Notes: generated from the sequence alone by a model not told the origin. A stretch of DNA of 64,000 bases from Psammoneis japonica (GCA_008632985.1 QPGO01000066.1:265771-329770), one strand, 5' to 3'; positions 36,217 to 48,336 are shown, counted from the first letter of the stretch. Translations and numbers: made by a program.

Positions 36217-37734
36217 CGGGGACCCCTCGTAAGTCTGTACGACCATCCGATGGAGCATTTTTTGCGAGTGAAACGCAACCCTTCTGCTCGTGTTGTCACC
36301 AGGATAATTTCCGTTTCAGTCTGTTGCATGCCAACCTTGTTCTAGCTGTTCTGCTGGCTGTCCTTTTCAACAAATCATTTGTTCTACTCCTGTTGCCGAG
36401 GTTTGGTGAAAGGATCGCCAGGCAAAAGTTTTTTCTCGACAATGACAACTGTGGTTCTGAGTGTCGCCGTTGCCAAGCAACGATGCGCCAAACTCGTCCA
36501 AGCCCAGCCAAATGAAAGAAAAAGTTGACAAAAGGAAGCATGCGACCCTGGCACACATTGCATGGTGCTGGCATGGAAGAAAACAAGAATTTCAGTGTGC
36601 CAGGAGCAAGCCGCAAAATGTCAACATGTTCTTTGGTCATTGCAGCTGTCCTGTTGTCAATTCTTTCCTGCAAATCATTTGTTCTGATTCCATGGTTGAG
36701 GTTTGATCAAAAGGATTGTTGGCAGAAAGATTTTTGTGATGACAAGAATTGTTTGTCTCAAATGTTGCTGTTGCTCAGCAGGGGTGCAACAAACGCCTCC
36801 ACCAAGCGAGGACACCCAAATGATGGAAAGAACTGGAGAAAGGTTGGAAGCAAGAGACATGGAATGACCCTTGCCATCTCTTTGTTGACAGAGAAGTTTT
36901 GAGCACAAAAATGACCACAATCAGTGTCTTTTTGTGGGTTGGCAGTGTGGCAAACAAGTGCACATGCATTGTCAGAAGCGATGGAAACCAAAAACAATCC
37001 TTTGGGATGTTCACAATGCCTGCCCATCAGAGAATGGCAAGGGCAAGGATTGCTGCAAAAATGTTCAGAGCCAGGACAACTGTGCTGCAACCAAAAGCGC
37101 TGCTGTTTTTTGTTGGTGTGACAGAGCATTTGCCACAGCTCCAGAGGACAATCTGGGGGTTGTTGTTCTGCAACTGTTGGCTCCAGGTTTCTTCCAACAG
37201 CGATGTTCTGTAAAGCATTAAAATGATGTCTTAAAAGGTTGTTGCTGCTTGAGCAGCTCTTGTGTGGCAAAATGCCCAACATGCCCATCACACTGCGTTT
37301 TCTCAGACAGGCTGTTTCTGATCATCATCAAATGGAAACACTCCAGAAATCATCACATCCTTGGAAACAAACACTCTTTGACCACTGTGCTTCACAGCAG
37401 CTGTTCTGGATTTCTTCACCCAACTGAGCAACAGCACAGCAGCACTTTCCACATCCCTTGCAGCAGTTGTCTGTGCATGGGGCTGAAAACAATTTTTTTC
37501 TAATTGGTGGCACCTCAGAGGACAGATGAGATTCTGGATTCATTGAGTCCCAGAAAGCCACCATGCTGCAGTGCCTCATGTGTGAGGTGAGGATCCATCC
37601 ACACACCTTGCAAGCTAGCCAAAAATGCAGTGACAAGAAACGTTGCAGCCTCCACAATCTTCATGGTTGGTTTGGTGTTTTTGTGATGGAAAAAAAATGC
37701 ACATTTGTCATGGGGCAGACTTGGGGGGGTCCCG
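36217..37734 (+). mobile_element. TTAA-flanked non-autonomous TIR element (piggyBac-like; TA-TSD class not excluded)
   Basis: TTAA|CGGGGACCCCTCGTAAGTCTG ... CAGACTTGGGGGGGTCCCG|TTAA. A second partial copy is at 925-1545. Confidence 0.7.
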
Positions 37735-38336
37735 TTAAATGTCAGTGGGAATTTGCAAACACCCAATCTTTGAAATGTGCACGTGGGGTCACTGCACAAA
37801 AAATGTTTTCTTGCTCAGAATGGCCATCACCATGATTTGATGGATGCCATGTGGCTTGCATGCCATGAAAACATCTCAGACCTGAAAAATGAGATGTGTT
37901 GTTGCTTGTTCATGACATCGCCAAGGCAATGACATGTCATTTTTTGTGGGTCTGGAGTGTCATGGCATGCTGTCGCTCACGTTGGTTTGGCTGGCCAGGG
38001 TGGATGGAATCTTTTCTGGATCGTTTTTTTTTTGTCCACAGCAGAGTTGTGCACAAAGACAGTGCAAAGTGTGCAGATGAGTTTTTGTTGTGCCACTTGT
38101 TGTTTGCTTGCAAGTCATTCTGACTGCCACCATTTGGTGTTGTCTCAGGTGACCTGCAAAAGAAGATGGAGGGCAGCAAAGACCATCTGGAAGTGCAAGC
38201 ACCCCGCATCTCTCCCTTGGCATTGGTGGCATCTTTTGCGAAGCCAACTCAGAAGTTGTGAAGGTGGCTGAGCTCTGTGGGAAAATGGCAAAGCATTGCT
38301 GGAAAACCAAGCTCTCATCTTGCAGCAAGGGCTGAG

Positions 38337-38757
38337 ATGGGTGCACACAAAAAGGTCTTGTGTGTGCACCCATGCATCTGAAACTGTTGGATGAATTGCA
38401 AGGGCTGTGTTGAGCGCACGTGCGTGCAAACATGAAGTGGGGTCAGTCCTGCCCACTCGTGACTCAGTGCTTTCCTGCAGCGAAAATTGCGCAGAAAGCC
38501 GACGATGACAAAAACGGTCAGATGACTTCTGCCAACAACAACATTGACTGCATGTGATGCACATTCCATCATCTGACCATTTCTCTCATTGTTGGCTTCC
38601 TGCGCAATTTTCGCCGCAGGAAAGCACTGAGTCACGAGCAGGCGGGACTGACCCCACTTCATGTTTGCACACACGTGCGCTCAACACAGCCCTTGCAATT
38701 CATCCAACAGTTTCAGATGCATGGGTGCACACACAAGACCTTTTTGTGTGCACCCAT
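38337..38757. repeat. Foldback palindrome with arms of about 190 bp and a spacer of about 43 bp
   Basis: 38337-38525 is the near-perfect reverse complement of 38569-38757. Each outer end is itself a small hairpin ATGGGTGCACACA...TGTGTGCACCCAT. Confidence 0.9.
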
Positions 38758-39524
38758 GACAACACATTTGAAAATTGTCATGTTTTGACCATTGAAAATG
38801 GTGCCGCAAGTGTGGGCCGTGCGTTTCATGCAAAAAGGGTCATTTTTTTTTAGCATGAGCGCACCCAAGTGTCTGGAACAAGTTCTCTGTGAAGCACACA
38901 GCGGGCATTGTTGTTGTGCATGTCACATGGTTGCTGCAACTTGAGCTCAAATTTAAAGGCAACAGCATCCCAACCCATCTCACTTCCACTGACAAAATGG
39001 CACTGTCAAAGTGCTGGTGTGTGTGGTGGTGCTTGGCATCATTTGTTTGGCGGTGATGTGAGAATTTGCGTGCTGCTGTGTGACCTTTTGAAGTCACACA
39101 CAACACCCAAAATTTTGTTGGCTCACCACTTGTGCCAGGCACATCAGCACAGACTTTGTGTGCGTGCTGTGCATGCCAAAGGCAGCTTGCTTGTGCTTTG
39201 TTTTTGTGTGGCGACAAACACACGGCGTCACATGGTCGTGAACAAGCTGGAGAGGGGGTTGCAACAAGTTTGATGAACCATCTGCATGGCAGAGTGTGAT
39301 CAGCTGCTGGCAATTCTGAGGCAACATCATGACATGCAGCAACATCAGGTCAAACAATGCCAATGAAAGCAGATTGTACGGAGCGGACAATGTCATCATG
39401 ATGTCACACATTGGATCTTGGATCTTTGAAAAATCGCAAAAACACAAAAACATCTGAATCTGGAAAGATCCCGGAAAGCACACTGCATCTGCAATTCATT
39501 GCCTTTTGCTGTTTTTGGCATTGC

Positions 39525-39790
39525 AGCACAACAACAACAACAATGGATTGTCTCTGCTGTGCGGATGGTGGCATGGGTCCAACAACAGACTTGGAGTTTC
39601 TGAGCAGCCTCTGCAATCTTGGCTTGGGAGAGGCAAAGTTTCCTGCCAAAGCAAACTGACACACCTTGTGCACATTGCCAGGTGTCCATTTGCAGCTCCT
39701 CTGTGGCATGCATTGTGGAGTGCTGTGGACTGACAGATTCAATTGAGGTGAAAAAGTGCTTTCCTGCAAGTGAAGACAATGGGTGGTCCA
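39525..39790 (+). pseudogene. Decayed copy of the 5' end of the glutathionyl-hydroquinone reductase gene (46682-46927)
   Basis: MDCLCCADGGMGPTTDLEFLSSLCNLG..AKFPAKAN* aligns to the intact gene. CGA->TGA creates a stop, and 5/5 coding TpA are changed to TG/CA. Confidence 0.93.
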
Positions 39791-40060
39791 CAGCCAAGGA
39801 GATTGTGCAGCCATGTGACTTGGCATGTCAGCATTGAAGTCAACAAGTGCCAATTGAATGAAACATGTCTGGGAGCAACAATTGCGCAACATGCCAACTG
39901 GCAAAGTGAAAACAAACAAAAACATTTCAGCCCCAATGAGTGAACGTTGAATTAAATCAGGAGGGGGGCAACCAATGTTTGCGTGCATGGGCACGCCATG
40001 AGATGGTGAGGTTCAATGACCTGTGAGTCAAGGCCTTTTCTGTGGGTCTCTGATGTGAGA

Positions 40061-40359
40061 TGCACAAGTGACTCCAAAAAGCAAGGACACATCACAAAAC
40101 AAATCAAATGCATGACAACAGCCAACAATTGCCACACAGAAGTTTTTCCAGGTCCTTTTGTTGAGTGTTGGGTCAAGCTGTCATGCCCAACGTGAAAAAG
40201 CAGCTCCAGCATGCACAAGAACCAGCAACAAGTGTGAGTTGCACAAGTGACTCCCAAAAGCAAGGATGCGTTGCAAAACAAATCAAATGCACAACAATTG
40301 TCCACAATTGCAACATGTGAGTTTTCCAGGTCCTTTTGCTGAGCATCGGGTCAATCTGT
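40061..40359 (+). repeat. Direct repeat of about 120 bp at 180-bp spacing
   Basis: TGCACAAGTGACTCC.AAAAGCAAGGA...TTTTCCAGGTCCTTTTG at 40061 and 40241. Confidence 0.75.
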
Positions 40360-41263
40360 TGTGTGCAAACAGTGTGACGCGGCACCTGCAGCAGCATCCC
40401 CAAATGACCAGCAGCATGCTGGCAGCCTGGGTCACCCCTGTAATCCACAACTCAGTCCAAGTCACTCACAAAGTTCCAACACAGTGTCAAATCCAGCATT
40501 GCTGCCTTGCTTTGGAACACAAGACAAAATGGAGCAGTGTGAGTGAGACAACGGATTGCAACACCAAAAAACCACCAGAAGCATCTCACTGCACTGCAAA
40601 TTGCATGGCCACTGATCAACACACTAAATTTTCTCACCACAATGCCATGAGATGTGCACACCAGTCACAGGACAGGGATTGTCAGCAGTGTGGAGCCGGT
40701 TGTCTTTGAAATGAGCACTTCAGAGACAATCGGCATTTTCCCCATTGACGACTTTTGAATTTGTGCACTCATTGCAGCAAGCATGTCAGAAGCTGCAATG
40801 CGCCACGTGATCTGATGCCTGGCTGGCAGCAAACTCAGTGAGCAATGCAATTTCAAGTTGTTGCACAGTCTGTCCATTTTCAGTCAAAAAACTTGAAAAG
40901 AAAACCAGCCCTTCAGGAAGCGTTGACTGCTTGCCCTTCTTTGTGTTGGCAATCCCAATCTCACAGCAGCTTCGAACTCTTTTGAAAAACAGTTCCACGC
41001 ACCTGTTGCACAGGGAATTCATCATTTTTTTTTTAGAAAGTCTGCATGAACTCCAATGTTTTTCATGACAACCCTTCAGGTTTGCACAACTGATTGACAC
41101 TGAACAACCCACACTGCACCAAATTGCAAGAGACACTCTTCAAAATGGGGGCTGACTGACCAGCAACACACAGAACAAATGAATGGATCAACGACACCAA
41201 CCGACCAACTGACAGACTGACATGAAAAAGTCTGCAATCACCAACCACCGAGTGGTCAATGAA

Positions 41264-41821
41264 GACATGTTCCAGCCACACTTGACCCAAATTGTGCACA
41301 AAACAACATTTGCATGATTTTTGCGTGGTCTCTCACTTGCGAACAAGGTTTCACCACCAAAAGAACAGATTCATCCAAAATTGAATGTTTTGCAACACTG
41401 ACAAGACTTGTGTCAGTGTCGCAATGTCATTGTTTTTGTGCCATCCATGTTTTTCATTGCAGTGAACTGATTGCAACACTCAATGGATGATTTTTGGCAA
41501 AACTGTTGCCGTCATTTGAGTGTCAAATTAAACATTTTTTCTGCAAGACCTTCTTGCAGGCATTCTGCCTGCAACTGAAAATCTGCATCCAATGCACTGT
41601 CGTGCAACCAGCATTGAGTCTGCACAGACCGAGTTTGTGACACATGTCCCATGAGGATTTTAATGCCAATGAAAAAACTGTTTGCATGTGCATGCTCTAA
41701 AGTTCTGTGAAATCCCACCCACCCAAGCATTTTGCATTTGCGTGCCCCACACAGGAGAGACACACAATTTGTGTTCAAAATGGACTGTCATTTTGTGTGT
41801 CACCTGGGGCTGGAACATGTC
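41264..41821 (-). mobile_element. GAC-terminal MITE (inverted homolog of 10129-10684)
   Basis: GACATGTTCCAG...CTGGAACATGTC with TSD TGAA (41260-41263, 41822-41825). Confidence 0.88.
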
Positions 41822-41975
41822 TGAAAGATGTGTTTTAGTCCCAAAAGGTCAATGCCAGCATCCACTTTTGCACGGCCCTGAAAAAGGAAAAACGGCTAAA
41901 ATGCGACAGCATTTTTTGCGAATGTGTGCAATTTTTGGAAAAACCTTCAAATGGCTTGAGCGCGAATGCTGAATT

Positions 41976-42168
41976 CACCGTGCAAACAACACGACAATGG
42001 CCAAAATGCCGTTCATTCAACGCAATGGATGTGGGGGGGCCTCCAACTTTCTTCACAAGTTTGTTGCCCATGTCAAATGCAGCACACTGTGAAAAAAGTC
42101 AGGGGCTGTCCCACTGAGTTTTCGAGAACGAACGGCATTTCGGCCACTGTCGTGTTGTTTGCACAGTG
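41976..42168. mobile_element. Small MITE with TIRs of about 43 bp
   Basis: CACCGTGCAAACAACACGACAATGGCCAAAATGCCGTTCATTC is inverted-matched by GAACGAACGGCATTTCGGCCACTGTCGTGTTGTTTGCACAGTG. Confidence 0.75.
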
Positions 42169-43028
42169 AGCGCAGAACGCGTCGGTGTGTTTTTTCCATG
42201 ATTGCATCACAATGATGCAAACATTAGTCATTTTTGATGCTTTTTGCAAATGTGTGTCGAAAACACAAGGGATTTTCCACCCTCAACTTGGGGTCATCTG
42301 TGTGTTTGTCCTGGAATTGCAGTGGCACTCGAATGCGCACAAATGCGCTGTGTCAACAATGACCCGCTCACCGTTGTTGCCGCTTGTGTGGTGTGGCACT
42401 TTCATTGATGGGGTCATGTCATTCATTGTCCAACATGCCTCGTGATGAGTTGGTGGATTGCTGAGGTGGCATGTGCAGCGTTGCCGGTTGCCGTATAATT
42501 ATTCAACATGGGTTCTTCACACCCGAGGCTCATCAACCACTTATGCACCGCATACTCGGTCATGCACTTCCGCAAGAGATTCCATTATTTATAGTCTTTA
42601 TTAATACTTTTGAATACAAAAATTGTTCATATTATATTAGTGACCCCGATCGCGTGCGAAAACGAGAGATCAGACACCATGATCGAAGCGCGACTATGAC
42701 GGCAATCTCGACATAATTCGAAAACGTAGTGGTCCGGCCACAAACATTCGACTAATATGTGACCTTTGATACACAACGAACATAAAATAAATGAGAGGTG
42801 GCGTATACGGACCAGCGTTCGGTTTCTGATCTGTTCCAACTCGTCTCACAATTCGAGCATCTTCTCAACTCCTGGCGCCACTGGGCAGAGACGCAGAAAA
42901 TGTCTCGATTAACGCTCGAGGAAATTTCCTGAAAATGAGAACGCCTCCGAGAAGCCTTCAAGAAAACACAAATCACATCATACAACAAACAAACAGTACT
43001 GTTTTCTAAAATACCAAGAAGAAACCTC

Positions 43029-46000
43029 ATGAGTGCGGAACTGATGAGACGACAGTCATCAATTGACATGGGTAAGTCCAAGTTAAGGTTGCCCGTGCTG
43101 TTGTGTTGCTCAGTTTTCTCCTCTCACTGATCTCCTGTAGAAGTCGTCCCAATTGTCAATCACGATGAACTCAACTCCCAGATACAAGCCTTTTTGGAGG
43201 ATCAGCTGGAAGCCAAGGTGGAAGTCTACTGCAGAAGGATGGAGGAAGGCTTGCAACAGGAGATTGAAAAGGATTTTCGGGATAAAATTGAAAAGAACCT
43301 GCGAGAGGAGTTTGACGAGGACATTAGAGACAAGATCCAGAAGGAGCACGAAAACTTTAGAGAGAAAATTGGAAAGGCTTCTGAAGAGCTACGTGTCGAA
43401 ATGAAGACGGTGTACCAACGGATTGGAGCGCGCGAGGAGCAGAGAGACATTGATCTACGCTTCGACCTCGCTCAGACAGTAGAAGATGTTGTTGAGGGAG
43501 GAATCAGTCGTGTCAAAGCGCAAGTTGATCGCGACAGCCAGGAGAGTTTACTTCCAGAGGATACGTTTAGCTTCTATGCCACGACGAAGTATTGGAAACG
43601 TTGGTATCATCCAACCTCATCGTTTGCGTTGGCAAGTATCATTTTTGCTGTTCAATGCTTCACCTTGTCGTTGCTAGTGGTTGACGTGATTGATGTCAAT
43701 GGCAGCGTAAACCCTCTCGGTATTCCTGCTGGTGTCGATATCCAAGTTCGAATCAGCCAGCTCATCGCGCTCTTCATCACCGTCATTAGTCAGGAGGAAG
43801 TCACATTCTCTCTCAACGTGATTTACAATGGTTACGACAGTCATGCTCTGCAAGACGTGGGATGTCAGTCGTCGTCACGTCCCAAGTGGTTTCTATCTGC
43901 TATCCTTCGTCTTTTGGTTGGCCTACTTTGTCATGCAGTGACATTTATGCTGATCATGCGCTCGGCGACCGTACGGGATCTCTTGCTCAACTTCACGGCC
44001 GTTACGTTTATCTCGGGCGTGGACAACGTCGCATTTCTTCTTTCGAAGTGGGGTTACATTACATGCGGTAGAACTACGGTAGAGGCCAATATTATCGCAG
44101 ATGCCAAGCGAAGCGCTAAGGAACAGTGCAAGACCAGTGGGTACTTTTCGCGTAGTGCTTGCTTGCTTTTCATATCTCTTGTTATGCTCGCGTGCTGGCT
44201 ATGGATTTCAATGAAACAATCGACTGGGGCCTATCTTTCTAAGACTATTTATGTACAGTTTGGAGATGAATTTTCCCCGACTCTTGGGACTTTCAGCGGT
44301 ATCTACAAGCTAGATACCGAAGGGATTAAGCCAATCCTTGGAGGAAGAGTCCAGTATATCGAGAACCGTCCTGGCCGTTACGATGGTTCAGCTAGCTTTA
44401 GATACTGCAACGGAGGAGGCTTTTGGGCATTTACCTACGGCTCGAATGAAAATGAGACGCCCAATCCATGTGACTATAGAGCACGATCCACCAAAACATC
44501 CACGTTCGAAATTACGGAGACCGTACCTGACTCGTGGTTCTTCCGCGACGTTCATGCGTCAATTGACTTGCCGCTCCAGTATTTTGCAATGAGCCGTTTG
44601 TCGAATTATGCTGGCATGCCATGTAGCGACAATAGTGATTGTGGAGAAAATGAACTCCTTACCTGCGACAACACGACTTGCGTTTGCGTCGACGGTGGCT
44701 GCGACTTTAGCTGTCGATTCCAAAAGCCTTGCCCAACTGTTGAAATCAATCCTCTTTTCGATAGCTTTGACAGTACTCGTACTTGGGCTGCGAGATATGA
44801 TCTCTTGCGAAGTGGACAATCGGATACGATGGTCCAGGTGTACAGCCGACCCGTCTATATCGGTAGGAAATCCTCCGAAGGAACGTACGACATTCTTATA
44901 TACACTGGAAGGCGCTGGGTATTGACTGAAACGGGATACCTTGGAAATGTGAAAAGTCTTTTTGATGTTGCCAACTATCTCGATGGGGGGTTTCATGCGC
45001 ATTGGGTTGATTTCAAGGCCTCATTTATCAGTGAGCCAGTTGATTTTGACACTCCCACGGATGCCACTAGTCCGGCCGGCCTCAAATGGTTTCACGCCGG
45101 TAAGACGCTGACATCCGATCCAGATGGTGAGCTCGCTATGCAACCTCCTCTACTAACTCGTCCCAGTACTACAGTTCTGCTCTGTGCTACTTGTGACATT
45201 GACTCCAATCCATGCGCTTATGAGGGATACTGTTGGCCTGACGGCAACTGCACTTGTACTACAGGATCCTCAGGGATTCTGTGTCAAATCCCACCTGTTC
45301 AAAATGGTCATTGTGACGTCTACTTCAACTCGCCTGAGTTTGATTATGATGGTGGAGACTGTTGTCCCTTGACTTGTGAAAGTACCGATCAGCATATCTG
45401 CGATGTTGAGGAGATCTTCGGCTTGAGAAAAGTTGCTGGATATCCAAGCTGCCTTGATCCAGGACAGCTATGTGTTCCGTCTGACAAATCATGTTGGAAA
45501 TCCATGGACGAAGTTTCTTTTGGTGAAGGTTACGCAGCGCAAGCAGCTTGTTTCTCCATTGCTCTGTCGCGCGATGGCCGGGTGGCCGCTTCTTACCATC
45601 ACAGAGGGTTGAACGAGGTCCGCGTCTTCGATCAGGACGGGCGGCATTGGTTGCAGCGGGTGGCAACTTTAAGCCCTCCCAGCTCTATCGACCATTATGC
45701 GGAGTTTGATTGTGGCATGCAAGCCTCGTTGGTGTCTCTATCCAGCAAAGGTGAATATATTGCAATCGGCTGGCCTTCTTTCGACAATGGCACAGGCGGG
45801 ATGGATGATGGTCTCGTGCAGGTTCTTGAGTGGGAACTACCCAACAGGTGGCTTGAGCATGGTTCAATCATAAGGGTCAACGCATCCATAATGTCAGTTT
45901 CGTTGTCAGCTGACGGCGATACTCTTACGGTCGGAGGACGAATCGATGGACCCAACATGAGGGGTGTGGTCCAGTTGCTCGTTTACGAACTCTACCCCGA

Positions 46001-46346
46001 GCAGACGAACTGGACGCTAGTCGGAAACGAGACTATTGATATGGGCGGAGATCTCACTGCCTTAGCATTCTCGGTGTCAGATGATTGCAAGACTCTAGCG
46101 GTTGGATTAGGCGCCACTGCTGCTGGCTGCTTCTCTTTTCACTTGCGCACTTGCCAAAGAGAAACAGCACAGCATGCTGCTCATCAGCAATTTTGGCAGG
46201 AAAGGCTTGGTGGCAAAAACAGAACATTGGCTGTTGCTGTGCAAGTTGTGAAAATCTGGAGTCTGGGCAGCAGCACAGCTGCAGGAAGGGGGGCCTTTGT
46301 TCTCACCTGTTTTTGGGTTCTTTTCTCTCACGTCTCTTGCCATTGA
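43029..46346 (+). CDS. Multi-pass membrane protein: coiled coil, about 5 TM, EGF-like, LNR/Notch-like and FG-GAP/beta-propeller-like repeats; 3' end apparently replaced
   Basis: Exon 1 43029-43071 and a GT-AG intron 43072-43140 join in frame to the 1050-aa ORF. EGF-like CAYEGYCWPDGNCTCTTGSSGILCQ; LNR-like NGHCDVYFNSPEFDYDGGDCC; repeats SIALSRDG, VSLSSKG, SVSLSADG. Confidence 0.8.
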
Positions 46347-46681
46347 CACACTTGTCACAGTAAAATGTGGATGTCATGCATTGACATTTTTGGCAGGAAA
46401 CGGTTTGGTGGCAAGATCAAACATCGGTTGTTGCCGCATCATGGTTGGTTTGTTGTTTCCTTCTCTTTTGTCGCAGCAGCATGAATGTCGTAAAACGTCT
46501 GGCCGTCGTACGTGCGAATTGAACGTATGGCGTTTTCTCCTCTCCTCCTCCTTTTCCTCTTCTTTTTTTTTCATAAAATCGGAGCTACCTACGTGACCGG
46601 ACATATGCCGCAACGATTGCCTTCCTTTTATTGTTGATTGACGCAAACGTACGAGTAACAGTGTGTGATAATAACAACAAT

Positions 46682-47716
46682 ATGGATTGTCTCTGCTGTG
46701 CGGATGGTGGCGTGGGTCCAACCACGGACTCGGAGTTTCTGGGTAGCCTCTGCAATCTTGGTGGAGGAGAAGCAAAGTTTCCGGCGGAAGCGAACCGATA
46801 CACCTTGTACGTGATTGCCGGGTGTCCGTTTGCAGCTCGTCCATGGCTTGTGTTGGAGTACTATGGACTGACGGATTCGATTGAAGTGAAAAAGTGCTTT
46901 CCTGCGAGTGAAGATGATGGGTGGTTCTTCAAGGCGAGCAGTCCCGGCGAAGTGGCGTTGGAAAAGCTCTTTCCAGAGGCTCAAGTCGATGAGTGTCCTC
47001 TTGGATATCACCATCTCTCACAGCTTTATCATCAAGCCAATCCTGATTTTTCGGGTGCCATTTCTGTTCCACTCTTGTGGGACAATTCCAAAAACAAGGC
47101 CGTGAGCAACTCCTCGTTGGGATTGAGTGAAATGATTGAAACTCAAATGACGAGTTTGCGCACACGCAACAAGTCCGAGGCAAGCCTGTATCCCTCGCGT
47201 ACACAAGAACCTGAATTGTACCAACAACACCAAGATCTCGTCAAAATGTTGCACACTCGAGTGACGACACCCGTGTACAAGATGAACGCCACCACTTGTG
47301 GCAAAACGCATGATGAAATGATTAATCAATATTATGAAACTCTTGATGAATTACAAGAGCGGTTGAAAAACAATGGTCCGTACTTGATGGGAGAAACGAT
47401 TCGTTTTGCGGATTTTATCCTCTTTATCAGTCTCGTACGGCTTGATCTTGCCTATCAGTGGCGTTTTGGGCTAGGACGAAAGTCGGTACGAGAAAACTAT
47501 CCAGGCCTACTCGACTATCAGCATCGTATTCAGTCCATACCCGGGGTTGCCTCGACCATTTTACCACGAGATATAATGGCGCTCTACTTTTTGACTCGAA
47601 AGTTTGTTCATCGAACCTTGCCACAAATTCCACTATCCTGGCAGGAGGCTTACCATGTTCACGACGAGAGGGCGCGGAGAGTGACAAGTAATAACGACTT
47701 TAACGTTATCCGTTGA
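46682..47716 (+). CDS. Glutathionyl-hydroquinone reductase (YqjG/ECM4-like GST)
   Basis: FPAEANRYTLYVIAGCPFAAR, LSQLY..ANPDFSG.ISVPLLWD, YLMGETIRFADFILFISLVRLD. Confidence 0.9.
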   Translation: MDCLCCADGGVGPTTDSEFLGSLCNLGGGEAKFPAEANRYTLYVIAGCPFAARPWLVLEYYGLTDSIEVKKCFPASEDDGWFFKASSPGEVALEKLFPEAQVDECPLGYHHLSQLYHQANPDFSGAISVPLLWDNSKNKAVSNSSLGLSEMIETQMTSLRTRNKSEASLYPSRTQEPELYQQHQDLVKMLHTRVTTPVYKMNATTCGKTHDEMINQYYETLDELQERLKNNGPYLMGETIRFADFILFISLVRLDLAYQWRFGLGRKSVRENYPGLLDYQHRIQSIPGVASTILPRDIMALYFLTRKFVHRTLPQIPLSWQEAYHVHDERARRVTSNNDFNVIR

Positions 47717-47780
47717 TTTAGAATAGTGTGTGGTTCCGAATACTTTGTTTCATGATGTTGTAACAAATACGCGTGCTCGA

Positions 47781-47999
47781 GTATATATTCAATGCAGTCA
47801 AATAATTGCTTTGGAATCCTTACAGGCTGTGCAAATCATGTCTGTGGTGCTTTGGTATACATTCAGCGCAGTCAAATAATTGCTTTGGAATCCTTATAGG
47901 TTGTGCAAATCATGTCTGTGGTGCTTTGGTATACATTGAGCGCAGTCAAAATAGTTGGGATGCTTATAGGTTGTGCAAATCATGTCTGTGGTGCTTTGG
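47781..47999 (+). repeat. Tandem repeat of about 74 bp, 3 copies
   Basis: GCAGTCAAA at 47794, 47868 and 47942; each unit contains TGTGCAAATCATGTCTGTGGTGCTTTGG. Confidence 0.9.
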
Positions 48000-48336
48000 C
48001 GGTTTGTTGACTAGATCCCCTCCTACAGTAGGGTGTTTCCATAACAAACAATCATTACCAGTTCCGTTGCTCCAAGGCTGTCAAAAGCATCTAGTTTTCC
48101 AACTCTTCTGGACAATTCTTCTCATCGTGTCGGTTCTATCAACCGAAAAAGGACAAACCGGTATCTAGGATAGAGACAATTCGAAACATACCGCATTGTA
48201 TTACTTTTACACGGCATCTGTATCCATTGTAATTACATCCCATTCTACATTCTACTACTTCTCAAAGCATATATGCGTGGCTTCCTTGACTTGATTCCGT
48301 TCTCCTTCACTATCTACACACCTAGCAACAACACAA

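Noticed and set aside
47781..47999. CRISPR-like repeat-spacer pattern
   Set aside because: Whole 74-bp units are similar to each other, with no unique spacers.
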